Shown piece after piece: positions 23,991 to 38,634 of a DNA stretch of 64,000 nucleotides. The position numbers and the translations under genes are program-made. Positions within the stretch are counted from its first letter, which is position 1. Each line of letters starts with the position of its first letter. The notes beneath the pieces were generated by a model. That model did no database searches. It saw nothing but the letters and a program-made list of their open reading frames with translations, and was not told the DNA's origin. The DNA is from Lingula anatina (taxonomy: Eukaryota > Animalia > Brachiopoda). Location of the stretch: positions 66,070,788 through 66,134,787 of the forward strand of contig CM120640.1 in assembly GCA_051362555.1 (NCBI GenBank), written 5' to 3'.

Positions 23991-26347
23991 CCCATTGAAG
24001 AGTTAAACATTCAAGACAGTCCTAGTTATCTTAACGTTCCAAAGATCACGCAAGGACTTTTTGGTGACTCTAAGATCTAATATACCGTTTCTTAGATCTT
24101 AGGGTGACTTATTTTTTTATATCCTTTGTGAATGGCATGTGCTTATGCCTGCAAAGAAAAAAATACTTCGTTTTGGATTGATCTAGGCAAAGGAAAGAGC
24201 TGGTTTTGTAGCGGTTTTAGAATTTTACATATTAATTGAATTTTCAGACCTTTACATGCAAGGCGCAATCATGTACACTGTGGCATATGCAAAGATGCAC
24301 AAAGTTACGATATTTATGATATAACAGTACACAATTTTTAAAGGTTTGGAATCACGGTGAAGCGTTTTCCGTTATTGTAATTAAATGTGGGATAAATATT
24401 GGCTTTTATATTTATAATCTCTAATAAGATAATGCAGTCCAGAAATATTACTTTCCCCAGAAAATTTCCACAGATTTTCAAAACGGCAGTATTAAAGTCA
24501 ATGACATTGCTAAGGACGCCAAGAAATTTCTTCAAGAAAGAAACTACTGTATGTACAATGTAACCCATGCAAAACTGACTTCTTTACGGTAAAAAAGTCA
24601 TAATACATGTATTTGTACCTTAATAACCTGCAAAGCTACTTATCCTTTCCGCTTTAGACCTTAAAAACCATGAATCCCTCTTGACAATTCAGGACACTTA
24701 TTTTACTGTCAGACAGGGGTAGGGTGGGGAGGGGATTCTGTAGAAAGACGTCGGGAAGTCTGAAATACAGTAAGTCTACGTTGTATGCGAAATGCACATA
24801 GGATGCTGAATGAAATACGATGGCCACACAAGTACAGAGAAAATGATTGCGAAAGATGCAATGGTAACCCTGCATGTTCAACTGAACGCAAATCTGGTAT
24901 TTGGAATAGTGTACAATAAACTGTGCTGGTCTTTTTCCATATCTCTATCTCTTTCCCCATAGGCTATCAGTTTAAAAACAATTTACTAAGACAGTTTGAT
25001 ACATGCCATCAATTCATAATAGCGACCTCACCCCCTTGCCTCATTCAAAGATGCAAAATTCAAGGTCGTAAAAATGAAATAACCCACTAACCCCTGATTG
25101 CACTGCATGCACCGACTTTATGATATATTTACAACCTGCGTGACCACAAAACAATGTCAGCAATAAAAAGACATGTATGCAACGGAATTAAATAAACACA
25201 TAAATAAATAAATGAATGTTGCCTGTGAATCGACTTTTTGGACAAATTATGATTTGAACTTTTCACCTTGAAGACAGGCTACAATCAACACATAATGTCC
25301 ATCCATTGGGATCTGTATCGGGTCGATATTGGAGACGGGTGTGTTAGTTACGTGACATAAAACAAAAACAAACAAACAAACAAGCGAAGGCACACTCTGT
25401 CAGGTAGTGTGCCTCCGGTAGCTGTTTATTAGCAATGAGCAGGCGATTTAATGATATTTTAAGATTATTTCGTTTAGCTTTTTTTATCTTTATAATGTAG
25501 ATTCACTCTTTTACTCTCATTCTTGTATTTATTTGTAATTTCAATTAACCTATTTCTGTCTATTTATACTCATATTATACTCATATTTTTTTAAATTCTG
25601 TGTTGGTTAATGGCCACACCTCTTGACCTGACATGTATACGCCCAGCACATTTTGAATTAAAACTCTGAAGCCCATCTCTTAGTTATAATGGTTGCAGCC
25701 CGCTGATGCCATTTCCACGTAATCGAAACGCTAATTATTATCGCCTGTCTTAAGTTATAAAGTAAATATGCTATCAAATTATATCTAAGCCGCTTACTTT
25801 AGAACATTGTTAGGTCACCCAGATATCAAATTCCTACTCCAGGTATGTCATGTCAACAAACAATATAAACATAATATACACGCTGTAGTGGATAGACGCT
25901 CTTCAAACCCTCAGGTTTTGTAGGTCAAAGCCGCGTCCCCTAGCAAGCTTGCAAGTTAACTGAGCGAACTCTCTTGTACCTCCACCGTAAGGCGCTGAAC
26001 TTGTGTATAGACAACTGGTGAGTTTTTGCGCATATGTATTTTCCACCCTGAAGTTTTTTCATAGTGACAATTATGATGATTTAGAACCACTATTACTATG
26101 TGATATCAAAGCATCTCGGAGGATATTTACGGATGCACAAGACATGGGTTTTTCTACTATTATTGACCTCTTTTAAGTAGCCTCAAAAACGCCAGAACTA
26201 CACGCTTCATGTATAATTCGTAAAGATCAAACTCCAACCCGAACCAATCAGCGATAAAGACTATCAGCGATGCTTGTCAAATTTGTGGTTTCATGTCTGT
26301 CAGGTCTATAATAGTGAACATGTGATGGATAATACCGCACGATATAT

Positions 26348-26356
<9 letters not shown>

Positions 26357-26434
<78 letters not shown>
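26357..26434. repeat. Compound (AC)n(AT)n microsatellite
   Basis: Direct reading; lies ~65 bp upstream of the ATG at 26499. Confidence 0.99.
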
Positions 26435-26437
<3 letters not shown>

Positions 26438-26498
26438 GATCGTTATATTATAATGGCTGATGATTATTCTGATTATTCTCTGATGTTGCAGGTACATA

Positions 26499-27197
26499 AT
26501 GGCAGATATCAATGTGAGCGTTAGTATCGGCGTGGTTGTGTGTGTCATTGTCGCCGAGTTGATTAGTACACTTTGGTACAATGACCGTACCCCATGGCAC
26601 AGTTGGCACGGAGCGAGGTTCTTCGCGGCTGCCCTGATATCAGACGTAGGTCTGGTTTTAATCATGTCTTTCTTGACCAAGTAAGTATTCCAAAACACGT
26701 CGAGTAGAAACGTGTGATTCGCGTGAAGTGAAATAAAACATACACTGTGAAAATTAATGAACCAAGACCTTTTTTATTCCCAATATTGATGGGAAGAGTG
26801 AGTTGAGAATGGATTTTTACCTTTTCATTATGCTGGCTGATAAATACGTATCATAGATTACACATGCTTAGGTTTCACTAATTCTTTTGAAAACAAAATA
26901 ACTATATATGATCCTACCAATTTACAGTAAAGTTATTTTAAACTTTTGAATTTTAATAGGTCTACATTTCAAATAACTTATTTTCACTCTAGGAAGTATT
27001 ACAGTGTGTCCTATCGTGATTGGGAGTCCGCTGCCTGGCTCGCGGGACTCACCGCCGCTCTGTACGCTTGTTTAGAAGCGCCCCACGTCGTTCACAATGG
27101 GCATTCTCTGAGGAACTTCACCTTCCATGTCTTCCACAAGTTTGTCATTGTGTTTGCCATCGTGTTGGTGTACGACTACTGTAATCAACACTTCTAG
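26499..27197 (+). CDS. 128-aa four-transmembrane, histidine-rich protein, DUF1761-like
   Basis: Two coding exons 26499-26680 (AA|GTAAGT) and 26993-27197 (ctag|G), phases match, 387 nt. MADINVSVSIGVVVCVIVAELISTLWYNDRTPW...FVIVFAIVLVYDYCNQHF*. Four hydrophobic segments; the N-terminal 'N...TM...LWY...W' pattern recalls DUF1761 (family call from memory, not searched). Probable non-coding exon ending 26017 (G|GTGAGT) with acceptor at 26490-26491. Confidence 0.85.
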
Positions 27198-28769
27198 AAG
27201 ACACAAAAACGTGTAGTGTGATTTGAACAATGACAATAAGAAGCAATCTCAAAAGTGTTTACACAACAGGTTTATTAAGAGCAGTGCTGTTCGTTTTCAT
27301 AGTGATGTTACTTTCATGAATCATTTTTAGCGCTATATGGTTCTACATATGATAATTAATAACGTATTAACCATACTATAGTATTTAAATCTCATTTGTA
27401 AGTTATAGCATTTTGTTACTTGAACATGTACTACAGAGCGTAGGAAGTGAATAAATGATAACTTAATCCATTGACTGTTTTTTTTTATTGTATAAATCGT
27501 ACGATCGAAAAAATATATTTCTACGCATACAATCTTTAATGAGCCTGCCTGGGCAAAGTGACTACCGGAGTGTCGTTTCTCAACTAACGCAACATTAGTT
27601 ATTCCAATTACATTCAACGCTGCATGACTACAGAATCAGGATTGCGTGGATTATGGGTAATTGCAGGCGTGGATTGATAAGTTATTTTAAGTAACTATGA
27701 CAGCTCTTTTAAGAATAAAAAATAATTTTTAAAGACGTACCATTCACACTGAACGAGAGTTCTTGATTCTTTGACATTTCAGTACCTCGCCAAATTCTTA
27801 TTTTGGGCTTTATTGAACAGCGCATCTTAAATAATTTTACAAGTTATTTAACTGGTTGTGTTTAAGGTTTATTCGTTGTCACACCACCCGTACCGATGTA
27901 TCAATATCGGTAAGTTTACCTGAACAGACGAGCAGTTTTTCTTATTTGTTTGTCCTTGTTACACGCTGCTTCATGCTGCACTCCTAGCTTGTTGATTCAA
28001 TGGTGGGGGTGTCTATCCCTCTCTCCCTTTCTCCTTAACAACACCTTTTCCGTAAAAAAGTAAAATGAAATAAAATAATGAAATGAAAAAAGAAAAAATA
28101 ATTTATTTTTCTACAAAAAAAATGACCAAAAGTTTTATCAGTGGACTCGCTCAATTGAAGTCTTTCTGCTGAATGTTCAGGACTTTCCAATACAGCCGTC
28201 TCCTCCAATGTGCTACCGAGCACAGAAACACTTACATGTATGTTGCGCTAGGAAACACGAAAGCCAAGGAAATATTCAATGGTATACCCCTTGTTTACAT
28301 AAATTCAATATCAGACAGGTTGTTTGCTCTACGGTATTCTACAAGGGCTGAAATCACTAGACATGCACAGGTTGTTTAAAGGGACTGTAATTCTAAAATT
28401 CAGAATAAGAGAAATTTTATTTGTGCTCAACTCAGTTATTGGTCTTCATTAAGAATAGAAAATTAAACAAAGCTTTAATTATATTTCTTGTTTTTGGTAA
28501 TAAACGTGACTTTAAGGTCATTTCCTTATAATTTTACATCAATACTTATTCATAATGTATTTATCGTGATAAATATGACTCAACACCTTGTCGCGAGTCC
28601 TCTGAGTCCTCGACACACTGTACCTCTCCTAGCATTTAATCGACTAATTTCATTCAAATTACGTTGATTTGATAGAAATAATTAAGTGAAAGGTCCCTTC
28701 TATACAGTCATCAATTCATTTTGCTTCTTTTGTATCAACAAAGGAAATCATTGAAAGAAAAAAAACCTA

Positions 28770-28860
28770 ACTGTACGCGCAACCCAATAAACAGCTGCAT
28801 CCTGGGAAATAAGAAACTTTGTGCGCATCCTTGTTGCGCAGACGGCCATATTGTCATTGG
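28770..28860 (+). promoter_or_regulatory. Probable MOB2 promoter
   Basis: Local CpG enrichment, two TGCGCA motifs (NRF1-like) and a YY1-like GGCCATATTG, 110-200 bp upstream of the MDWFMG exon. Confidence 0.5.
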
Positions 28861-28971
28861 AGATTGCCTAGGACTCTCAGAGTTTTCAATTGTTAACGTG
28901 AAGTTGCATACCTTTACAGAAAAAAGAAGATTGCCAATCTGGATAGGTTACCGGAATATTTTCGGGACACT

Positions 28972-31229
28972 ATGGACTGGTTTATGGGGTAAGATTCTCC
29001 AAGGGTGCCTTAAAACGTGCATTGTTTACCTGCGAGTTGACAGACACAAGCAGACGCATGGTTTTCTTCAGGACCCATCATCCCATGACAGTTAAAATCA
29101 CGCGAGACACCCGATGTATCTTACTCCACAATCTGTACAAATCTGATCAGTAAAATCTTGCCTATATGATCCATGCTCAAACTCTCAATAATCAGTTTCT
29201 AGTTGTGTCACTGTCTCAGAATATTTAGGGTTTGATTGGTACATTGTAAGTGCAGCCAAGGCATACATCCTGGCCCCTAGTCTCGTCTGTTATATTGCCA
29301 GTATGTATGTACGCGCTAGAATATAATCTAATATAATGATTACTGACACTATAAACTGTTTGAGTGTTATATTTGTGATGCATGTTGAGAAAGTGACCAT
29401 GCATACTGTTGCTATATAAGACTGCTGAGTCATTTCACTGCCTGGATAGTTTTTAACATATATCAAAGTATTATTCTTCTTTGTCAGCATTATCTGTGGA
29501 TTGCTATCATAAATGGGAAACCAAGCAAAGCCAAGAGAGAAATGCAGACAATCATGATGAAATACATCTCTAATGGGAATATTTGTACCCCCCCCCCTCC
29601 TTTACTGAACTAGTGTAGTATAGAATGGTGATTGCAATATGTTTGACAATATTTTGACATTAATTTTACATAGTAAAAATATTCCATCGACCCTTTTGCT
29701 TGCTTCCAGCATATACTTTATTGCAAACTCAACTTTTTATAAAGACTTCCACTTACCTTTTTTATTTTATTTATTTTTTGTTTATTTTATTTATTTATTT
29801 TTATTTATTTATTTATTTTATTATTATTATTTTTTTGCCAAAAGCATTTTGCCTTCATCTTTTACTCTGGTGCAAAATTCTGTACTAAGACAGATATTTT
29901 AAAAGTACTTGCCAACTAGTTCATGCTCATGTATTGCTGAGGAACTCATTTGCCAAATTTTGGCAGCCATACACATCTTGTGGCGTGCCCAAAATATTTA
30001 CATGCTATGCTAGTCTGAGTAATCAGTCTCTTGTGCTCCTTTTTTCTGAATGTATATATGTTTACTAGGGTATGTCCAACGCTGTGCTAGAGTCTGAAGT
30101 CTTAAGGTGCTCATTAGTAGAAAAAAATACCTGATCTTGTTCATAGTGCAATGTGACAGGTCTTTACCATGTGAGCCCTTACCTCTGTCCAGCCCATTAC
30201 ATGCACTGCTAAATCTCTCTCTCTCTCTGTATATGTACATATGTACAGAGGTCTATCTTTTATATTCTTGGGGGGGGGGATAGAAACAAAATTTGAACCC
30301 AGTCTTGTAGTTAAAACTCCATTTATTACTCTTGAAATACCCAAATGGTTATGGCTGTTAAAGGATAAAGGTTAAAGGTGTTAAAGGATAATGGCCACTC
30401 CCTCCCTCTTTTAAATTGTTTGAAATAAAATGTAATATACAATTACTATTCTATAATAACAACTATATTCTTATTTAGGTCTTTGTGTTATGGAATTCAA
30501 GTTTAAAGTATACTTAGATCTATCCCACATTGCACATTGAAATGAATCAAGATTATACTCATTATGTACCTTCTGGCATTACAAAAATGAAGTTTATTCA
30601 ATAAACACAGATATCACTGAATCTCAGAATTCAGTAAAGCAGCACTACATGTACATTGCCTGGTTTTCAAGTGTTCTATTGAACAGTTAATGAAATCAGG
30701 TACAGTTATTGATCTTATTCACTTGAAATATATTGTTAAATGAGAAATGTTAATGTAAATCATTGTAAGCTGACCTGAATGATATTTCAATCTGAAAGAA
30801 TGCAGTTGAAGCAGGCTTGATTACATCGTAATTTAATGCCTCTAAGAAAAAGGTGAAGTTAAAAAAAGCACCTTATAACGTTTTTCAAAAGCAATTTCTT
30901 TGCAGTTTCTGTTATAGGAAAATAATTGGTACGTAATTTAGATTCAATTAGGGCACTCCATTACCATCCATATCTTTAGCCAAGGAAAGGTTTACTTTAG
31001 TCCTATAAATATGTTTGCTGGCTATTGATGAATGTGTGTACCAGTGGTCTAATCCAGTTTGAGTGTACTTCATTCAGCAGAGACTTGAAGCATTGATTTC
31101 AACTCTAGTCTTGGACATGAAATAGATTTATTGATATTCTTGGGGATTCAACCAAGCTACATATGATTCACTTACATATATCAGTATGCTCTGTTTATTG
31201 TTTCAGCTACTTTTAAGTCCAAAAATTTA

Positions 31230-31297
<68 letters not shown>

Positions 31298-34200
31298 CAG
31301 AAGATCATTATTTGTTAAAATTTTGTTCAGCATATATGCTAAATAAAAATGGCATATCTGTATGTGAAATAAACTTAAAGGTATGCTTGAAGTTTAGATT
31401 TAGTGACTTGTTTTAAAGCAGTGGGACAGTATCTAAATATGTAACAGATTTTGTTTTCATATTTGGGCAAGGTTTGCTGTTGGGAGAATCACTGGGGTGT
31501 TTGAAATTGCCAGCATATTCTTAGGGATAAGGAGACAAGAACTCATATTTGAAGTGTAACAAGCATCCAATTCCTTGAATTTATTATTTATATATCCCAT
31601 TTTTGCAACCATTTGGTGAACTGGGGTCAGCATGCCTTCAGTGTTGGTTAGTTTGTCATGGTAACAGCCATATAACATCTCAGCCCACATCATACTTCTA
31701 AATAGTTTGTATGATGTTGTCAAAACTTTTTTAATGAGGAATGACTGATTGCGCACATGTAAACATTTGAGGCTGAGGGGCAAGCAAGGAGTGAAAAGGG
31801 CCATATTGAGTTGTAAGACAGCATGATTTAATGATTGAGGCACAAATTTTCATAGCTCGGTTGTTTGTAAATACCTATATTGTAAATTTGCTTTCCGTGT
31901 TTGGGGGAAAAGATATTGAGTGAGATGATGTGTATGTTGAATGCCTGAGAAAAGATGTGATTTCCAAGGTAGCAAATAGAACAGCCATTCATAAAACCAT
32001 TGTCCTTTAATAGGCGAGCCTAATATATATGGTCTACAAATAGAGTTCCACCAGAAACTGGGCACTAGGGGAGGAAGGGGGGGGGTCTTGCCTTACCTGA
32101 GGACCAGTTAAGTGCTGCCTGCACTACTTAATGTGAGACACATTTGAGCAAGCTCCAATAAGAGTCGAGCTCAATCTATGATCCAACATGGAGGCCAGCT
32201 TGATCTATAACACCTGCTACATGGGTAGTTGCCTACATATGTCATCCATCAGTCAGAAATAAACTACCTGGTACTTATTCCAGTTATCCTCAAGGCAAGG
32301 GTAGCCTCTAGCTAGTTAGTTCACAGTGGAGGAAGCCATCATGCTTAACAGCTTGAATATTCTCTGGAAAGGGTATGTACATCTTATGATTTGTGGTCAA
32401 TATTAATTGAGATGTTGAGTGGGTTCTCTGATTCAGGGGATTTGAAATGAAGGTTGTTGTGATTGTGAGAAAATAATTTGCTGACTATCCATCCAATAAC
32501 AGTACAGTTACGTAATCAGAATTAAAAAAAAAAAGATATTTAGAAGCCCATGAAATCATTAAGATGGTACTCTTTGCCCCCAATAGCTAGTTTGGCAAGT
32601 AAATGCACATTAAATCTCAATTTTGTCTGGATGGCTAAAGAAGATTTGATATGATTTTAAAATGCTTAAGTGTTATTATTAGTATTTTCATAATATGAAT
32701 TCATTATACATGTATATGTGTACATATGTCCTCTGTCCCCAGCCCCTCCCCCCTCCATCCCTCAAACTCGGGTCCCTCCCCTAACACCCCTGATTGTTAT
32801 TCTGAAGGAAAGGGCCATTTGAATGAATACATAAACATGTCCCTATGGATGTTGTTTTTTTAACATTAACTTATATATATGCTACTTTGTTGCTGCAACA
32901 TTGCATCCAACAGCTGGGCGTTAAGTTGTTTTCTCAAATTAGCTGCAGATGTTTTCTTGTGGAGAAGAGTAATCCAATTCTGGTGATGTGGATATACGTT
33001 TAAATAGCAGTTCCACCTAGCGATAACAAGGGCGTCTTCAGGATTTTCTAAATCTTGCCAATTTATTTCCAATTTACTCTCAGAGTATGTCATCATTATT
33101 GTATTCCTTAAAAAATTCCGCACTGCATTAGTGAAATGATTCACTTATATCAACTAATTACTTCCATATTACCATAGTCTCCGAAATTTCTAAAACACAG
33201 GCTAAGTATTATAAAGCAAGATTTTTTTTCTCTTTCTAAAAATCCTATTTCTTCTACAGCTTTCGCAAATTTTGTATTCCATTATTTCACTATCTCAGTA
33301 ATGCATCTACTTTCACAGCTAGTCAGGTAGCTGATAATGCCACATCTTGTAATACTTTTCTTAAGTAATGGCCTACAAATGCAGCACACACCTTATCAAA
33401 ACAAAACTCTGTGTACCATTATTGGGGATATTTGGGGGTGTATGTCCATTCAGCTAAACAAGCCTAATAGGCAGGCCTAGGATGGAAGAATGGTGTCATG
33501 AACCACACAGGAGTACAGGCCTGGAGTGATGTTGTCTCCATGGCAAAAGACACCTGGTATTTGACAGTCTATTAGTAGATCACTATCCAGGTCTATCAGG
33601 GTTGAACAGTGCTGGTCATTTTCCCCCATGAATAGACATTTGTAGACTATATTTTAAGGAAGAATGAAGAATTTTATGGACAGACACTGTGCCTTGACAT
33701 ATAGCCATCACCTACATCCCATTGTCGCTATCACCACCATTGTCCTGCAATTTCCTAGAAACCCGTAAACCCCATAAAGAAAAATCATGTTACTTAAAAT
33801 TCTCACGTTTACAAGAATGATTCAAGGACCTTAATTACATCCCGAGTTCACAAACAGGTTTTTCTTCAATTAATGTCTGTTTATTTCACAGCTTTGCTGC
33901 CTTGTTTTCTTAAAATAAATGTAGAAAATACTGTTGATCACTGTGAACTGTTGACACTTGATGATTCTAGGAAAATATGGTAATTGAAGATTTTTGTTGC
34001 ATTTCCTCATTTACACTGTGGTCTTCATACAAGTGCAATTGTTTATGTCTGGTTGCCTCCATTTTATTTGCATAGGGAAGATAATGATCTAGTCCTGGGC
34101 AGATTCCAGACATCCATTCTTATCCATACTATTCTGGGCTACTTTTGAAAATCCTCCAAAACCAAGAAGTTCCCCAAAATAGGGTATAACATGAAAAATT

Positions 34201-37200
34201 ACATGCCTTTAAAACTATATTTCAGAATTGCCATATGTATAATATTTGCTAGCAAGGGAAACTGTCATTGATTATTGGTTTGATAATGGTTTCTCTGTGA
34301 AAGTCTGAAATGTTTTAAACACTTGGAATCAGCAGGCGTTTTTTCCAATAATGTCTTGAATTATGGAAACTTTGCGTGTACTTACAATTTCAGGACATTT
34401 GATCACTATTATGGCAAGCTGTGCTTGTAATAGATTGTTGGCCTAAGTATGATGGGAATGTATCAGGATAAACCATCTTTTTAAAGGATGGGGATACTAT
34501 TTGAGTCTGTGTTCTACCATTAAAACAAAAATTTTAAAAATTGACAAATTTGTATTACTGTAGTGTGTGCATGTGTGTGTTTGGGGTCCGGTAAGTATGT
34601 GGAACAACAGATGTCATATGGACATCTTGAACTCAGTTTGCCCTGTCATGACATTTACACTTACTGAAGAACCACTTGAATAAACATGTTACAATGACTT
34701 TTAACAGAATTTTAGCAATTTAAATTCATGTTTTGATGAGATGAATTAAGTGATTATTCTTATTATTTTTTTAAATGCATATTTACATTCCTATGGGGGT
34801 GAATGGCAACACAGATATTTATCTTTTTTTACTGTTCACCACTGCTTACATTCAATCATATTGCTACTGAAAGAACGGCAATGAAATTCTGTCTCCCCCC
34901 CCCCTTACAAAATGTTACACCTTCATTAACGTTATTATGCACCCATTTTGACTCTTAAGATTATATTTACATTGGGTTTGTGTTACCTGAGTGATGGTGT
35001 ATATAAACCATTGAATCAACCTCTATAGTATTGATCTATCTTATCCCAGGCATCAATGCTTTACGTTCCAGCTTTAAGCTGCTTGCGTCATAATTGTGAC
35101 ACAACTGTCACTGTAATGTGATTAGGGTGCCTAGAATGATGTAAGGTAATACATTTAAAGAACTTATCTGTTGTGCTGACAGTTGTAATGAAACACAAAA
35201 ACTACATCCCTGCAGTGGTTTCCGTATGTATGATAAAAATATATTTGGGTTGCTGTTGTAGCAGTAGTGGAACATTGGGAAGATAAATGGGGAGAGGCTT
35301 ACTTGATGCTGCTGATATATATTTGATTAGTTCCTTCCATGCATAGCTAAACACCTTAATACTGTTTTGAACTTCAGGTGGTTATAAGTAAGGCTGTTTC
35401 TGTTCCGGTATTAAATTACGAGACATCATATACATGAGAGGAATATATTATAAAAGAATTAAACATGTTTTGAGGTACAAAATTTTACTTTGTATGAAAG
35501 TACAGTTTGTGCGCTGTATATATTCTATTGAGGCATGGCGTCAAAATGTCGAAAGGTTTTGTTCTCCTGTTTGTATGTCACAATAATGGTGGTGAAAACT
35601 AGAAAGGAGCTACATTGAAATTGTGTTATTTTTGGAGAAATGTGTTGTGCTTCAGGTCAAAAATCATCAAGGTGTCTTAAACTGTTACTTCACATGCACT
35701 TTATCCTCTCTACCAGCATATAATTAAATTGACTCTTTCAGTATATTATTTAGGGTTAAAAGATTGCTTTAAAATGGGCCAGCTGAGGTCATATCTTCCA
35801 ACTTTACCTGTTTAGGGTAAGAAAACTTGTTCACACCAACTAGAGCATGTCTAAAAAACAGTTGGAAAATATATGTTGTCTCCAAAGTTAAATTCTGCCC
35901 ATCATAAATCACTTAACACCATTGCAAAAATAGTGTATAAAGGTAGTTATCTCGGGTGTCCTGCCTCTGTCACATGTAATGGGATGTACATGTGCCCTGC
36001 ATGGGTCAGATAGTAGGTGACAGTTTCTGCTGATCAGGTTTCATAGGTTGTGTAACTTGTCTGACAGTTGCACTGACAGTGGCACAAGCTAAACTGACTA
36101 CACCATTCATTCCAACTGTAACTTGCTTAGACCTGTCTATGAAGGCCTCTGTGATCACTAGCCAGATAATTTCTAGTCAATTACCAAATTTCTGAGGCAG
36201 TTTATTTTATTCTTTATATAATTTTATTGACTGATTTTAATTTTTTTATGCATTTATTTTTGTGGATTTGAAATGTGGATAACATAATCCTTACATAGGG
36301 ATTGGGCTTTTGAAAAAGTTCAATGTGAAGTGGGGGGTAAACGTAAATGAAATAAAATGATGCCTTGGGAGATGTTCTGGTTTATTACAAATTTACAGCA
36401 TTTTATGGTAGCTGTAAAATATTGGGCTGGGCATCATACACAAGCTTAATGCACTTGTGCTTGACCCTATTGAATTGTGGGGCTGGTGTCATTTCTTTGG
36501 TTAACATGGATGCTCTTTATGTGACACTTGACAGTGTTGGTGTCAGGTAACATCTCATCTCACTCCAAATGAAGCCTTATTCACTCCCATTTTAGATATT
36601 CTACTTCCAAGAAAGGAAATCCTGTATTTACATACACAGATTTAGTCATGTCATCGGTTAGATTACTCTGTTTACAGAAAAAGCCCCAACCAGTTTCACT
36701 TTGTAAATTTGAATAAACGTCTCACAAAAGATGGCAGTTCTCCAGGCATTGGCCAGCTGAGATCACCTGATGTGGACAGTGAACTGGCAGCTCTCTGTGG
36801 CTGGCACTGCAGGTGATCTCTTCATTTCCTCACTTCCTCCACACACATCACACACTGCTCCTGATTGACTTAGTTGTAGAGTTAAAGTTAGCAATGATGT
36901 CACTGGTGCTCAGCCCAGTCAGCTGCTGATATTGGCAACCTATTGATAAGGGCACAGTTGAAGGTGAATGTATGGTAGGCAGGCAGTGAATGGGCCAATA
37001 CACACAGGATGGAGAGTGGAACTTTAAGATGTTTATGCTGAGTTTATGGTAAGAATGTAGTGTACGGGAATGTTTTTTGTTTTTTGTTTCTTGTTTTTTA
37101 TTTTTTTGTCAGTAATGTTTGGTGTAGATATTGCCCATTACACAGCTTGGCAATTGTGATATGTGATAATAGAGTTAACCTCTATATTCACCAGTATAAA

Positions 37201-38576
37201 GATACCTGGATCATGCAGGTAGATTGGTAACTGTGACTTTGTATACAGTAATATAAGACCTGTATTATTCAGCTGTGAAAGGAGGATTAATATATACGGT
37301 ATATACTTGTGCACTATTGTCTAGAAAGAGATGTGGCTCCAGGTTTGCACACTGACTTCTTAACTTAGCAGGATTTCTCTGCAAACTCTTTTATTGGAGT
37401 ATGTACACAGTTTGTGTTATCTTGGTCTTACTGTGCACACCATGCAAACAAGGGAGCGGAACCAGTATCAGGGAACAGCACCTTGCCGATCTAACCATAT
37501 CCTACCACACGTCAGGCTTTGAACAGTAATAATCATCACAGTTGTTTATTGATGTAAATGATGCTAGACAACAGCTTGGCAAAAGGCAGAGTACAAGGAC
37601 TAATGCGCTATTGACTTAGCCATAATTTCTTTGTATTGATTTTATCCTGAGTGCACAGATAGTAATATTTTCTCATATTGTGCCGTCAGAGATAATATGT
37701 CATGGCTAGATGATCAGGCTAAGTAGTCCAGTGCTGTAGGGTAGGAGTGTAAAAAACCAAATCTTCATGCTGGAACCTTAGCAGAAATTGTCATCATTCC
37801 AGCAACTGTGTTGTGTCCGTGTGTTCGTTGGTAGGTGAATGTGCATGCTATACTGTTGTATTTCATCATATTTATAGATGTGTTGGGTTTTTAAACAGTT
37901 GAGCAAGAAATTGTGCCACCACACCCACATTGTACAGTATTCATGAAAGTATAGCATTTTTACTGATATAACTTTGTTTTTGGTGAAAATTTAAGTTACT
38001 CTGTTATAAATATGAACTTTATAAATTTGTCTAAGGTACTACAAAGTTGAAGCAGGGTATCTGAGATATTTATTATATTATAAATGTATTATTTATCATA
38101 TATAAAAAATTCAGATTTTTCAGTTGGGATTTTATTATTGAAAGCATATTGGGTTAAGTGTGCATTATCAAAATAGTGTGTGGAACTTTTGACTTATATC
38201 GGGATATTTGCATTTATTGTTATTTTATACCAGTGTGTTTTACCTGGAGACACTGATTGTCAAAACAAATATATGATCTATAATTGAAAAAGAGGAAATT
38301 TTTATTGTGTTCTTGGTGAAGTTAGTGGTGGTGTAATTTTTTTGCCATATGTTTAAACTTGTTCGTCAATCTCCTTTTTATTGATATTTTAGGAAAAGTC
38401 GTAGGAAGGACAAAGACTCCCCTACACCAGTCCAGGAGGAGCCAAGGCAATATCTAGAAGACACACTAGTAGCGGAGTCCATTGCTGCCAAAGTAGACTT
38501 TGAAAAATTGGTCCGAATCCCTGTAAATATAGACCGAAATGAATGGCTGGCTACAAACAGTAAGTTTTTATTGAAG

Positions 38577-38634
<58 letters not shown>

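Noticed and set aside
26306-26698. 130-aa minus-strand ORF with IYIYIY/VCVCV
   Set aside because: Microsatellite translation antisense to the real gene.
31457-31843. 128-aa minus-strand ORF in MOB2 intron
   Set aside because: GTG start, no motif, no splice support; consistent with chance.
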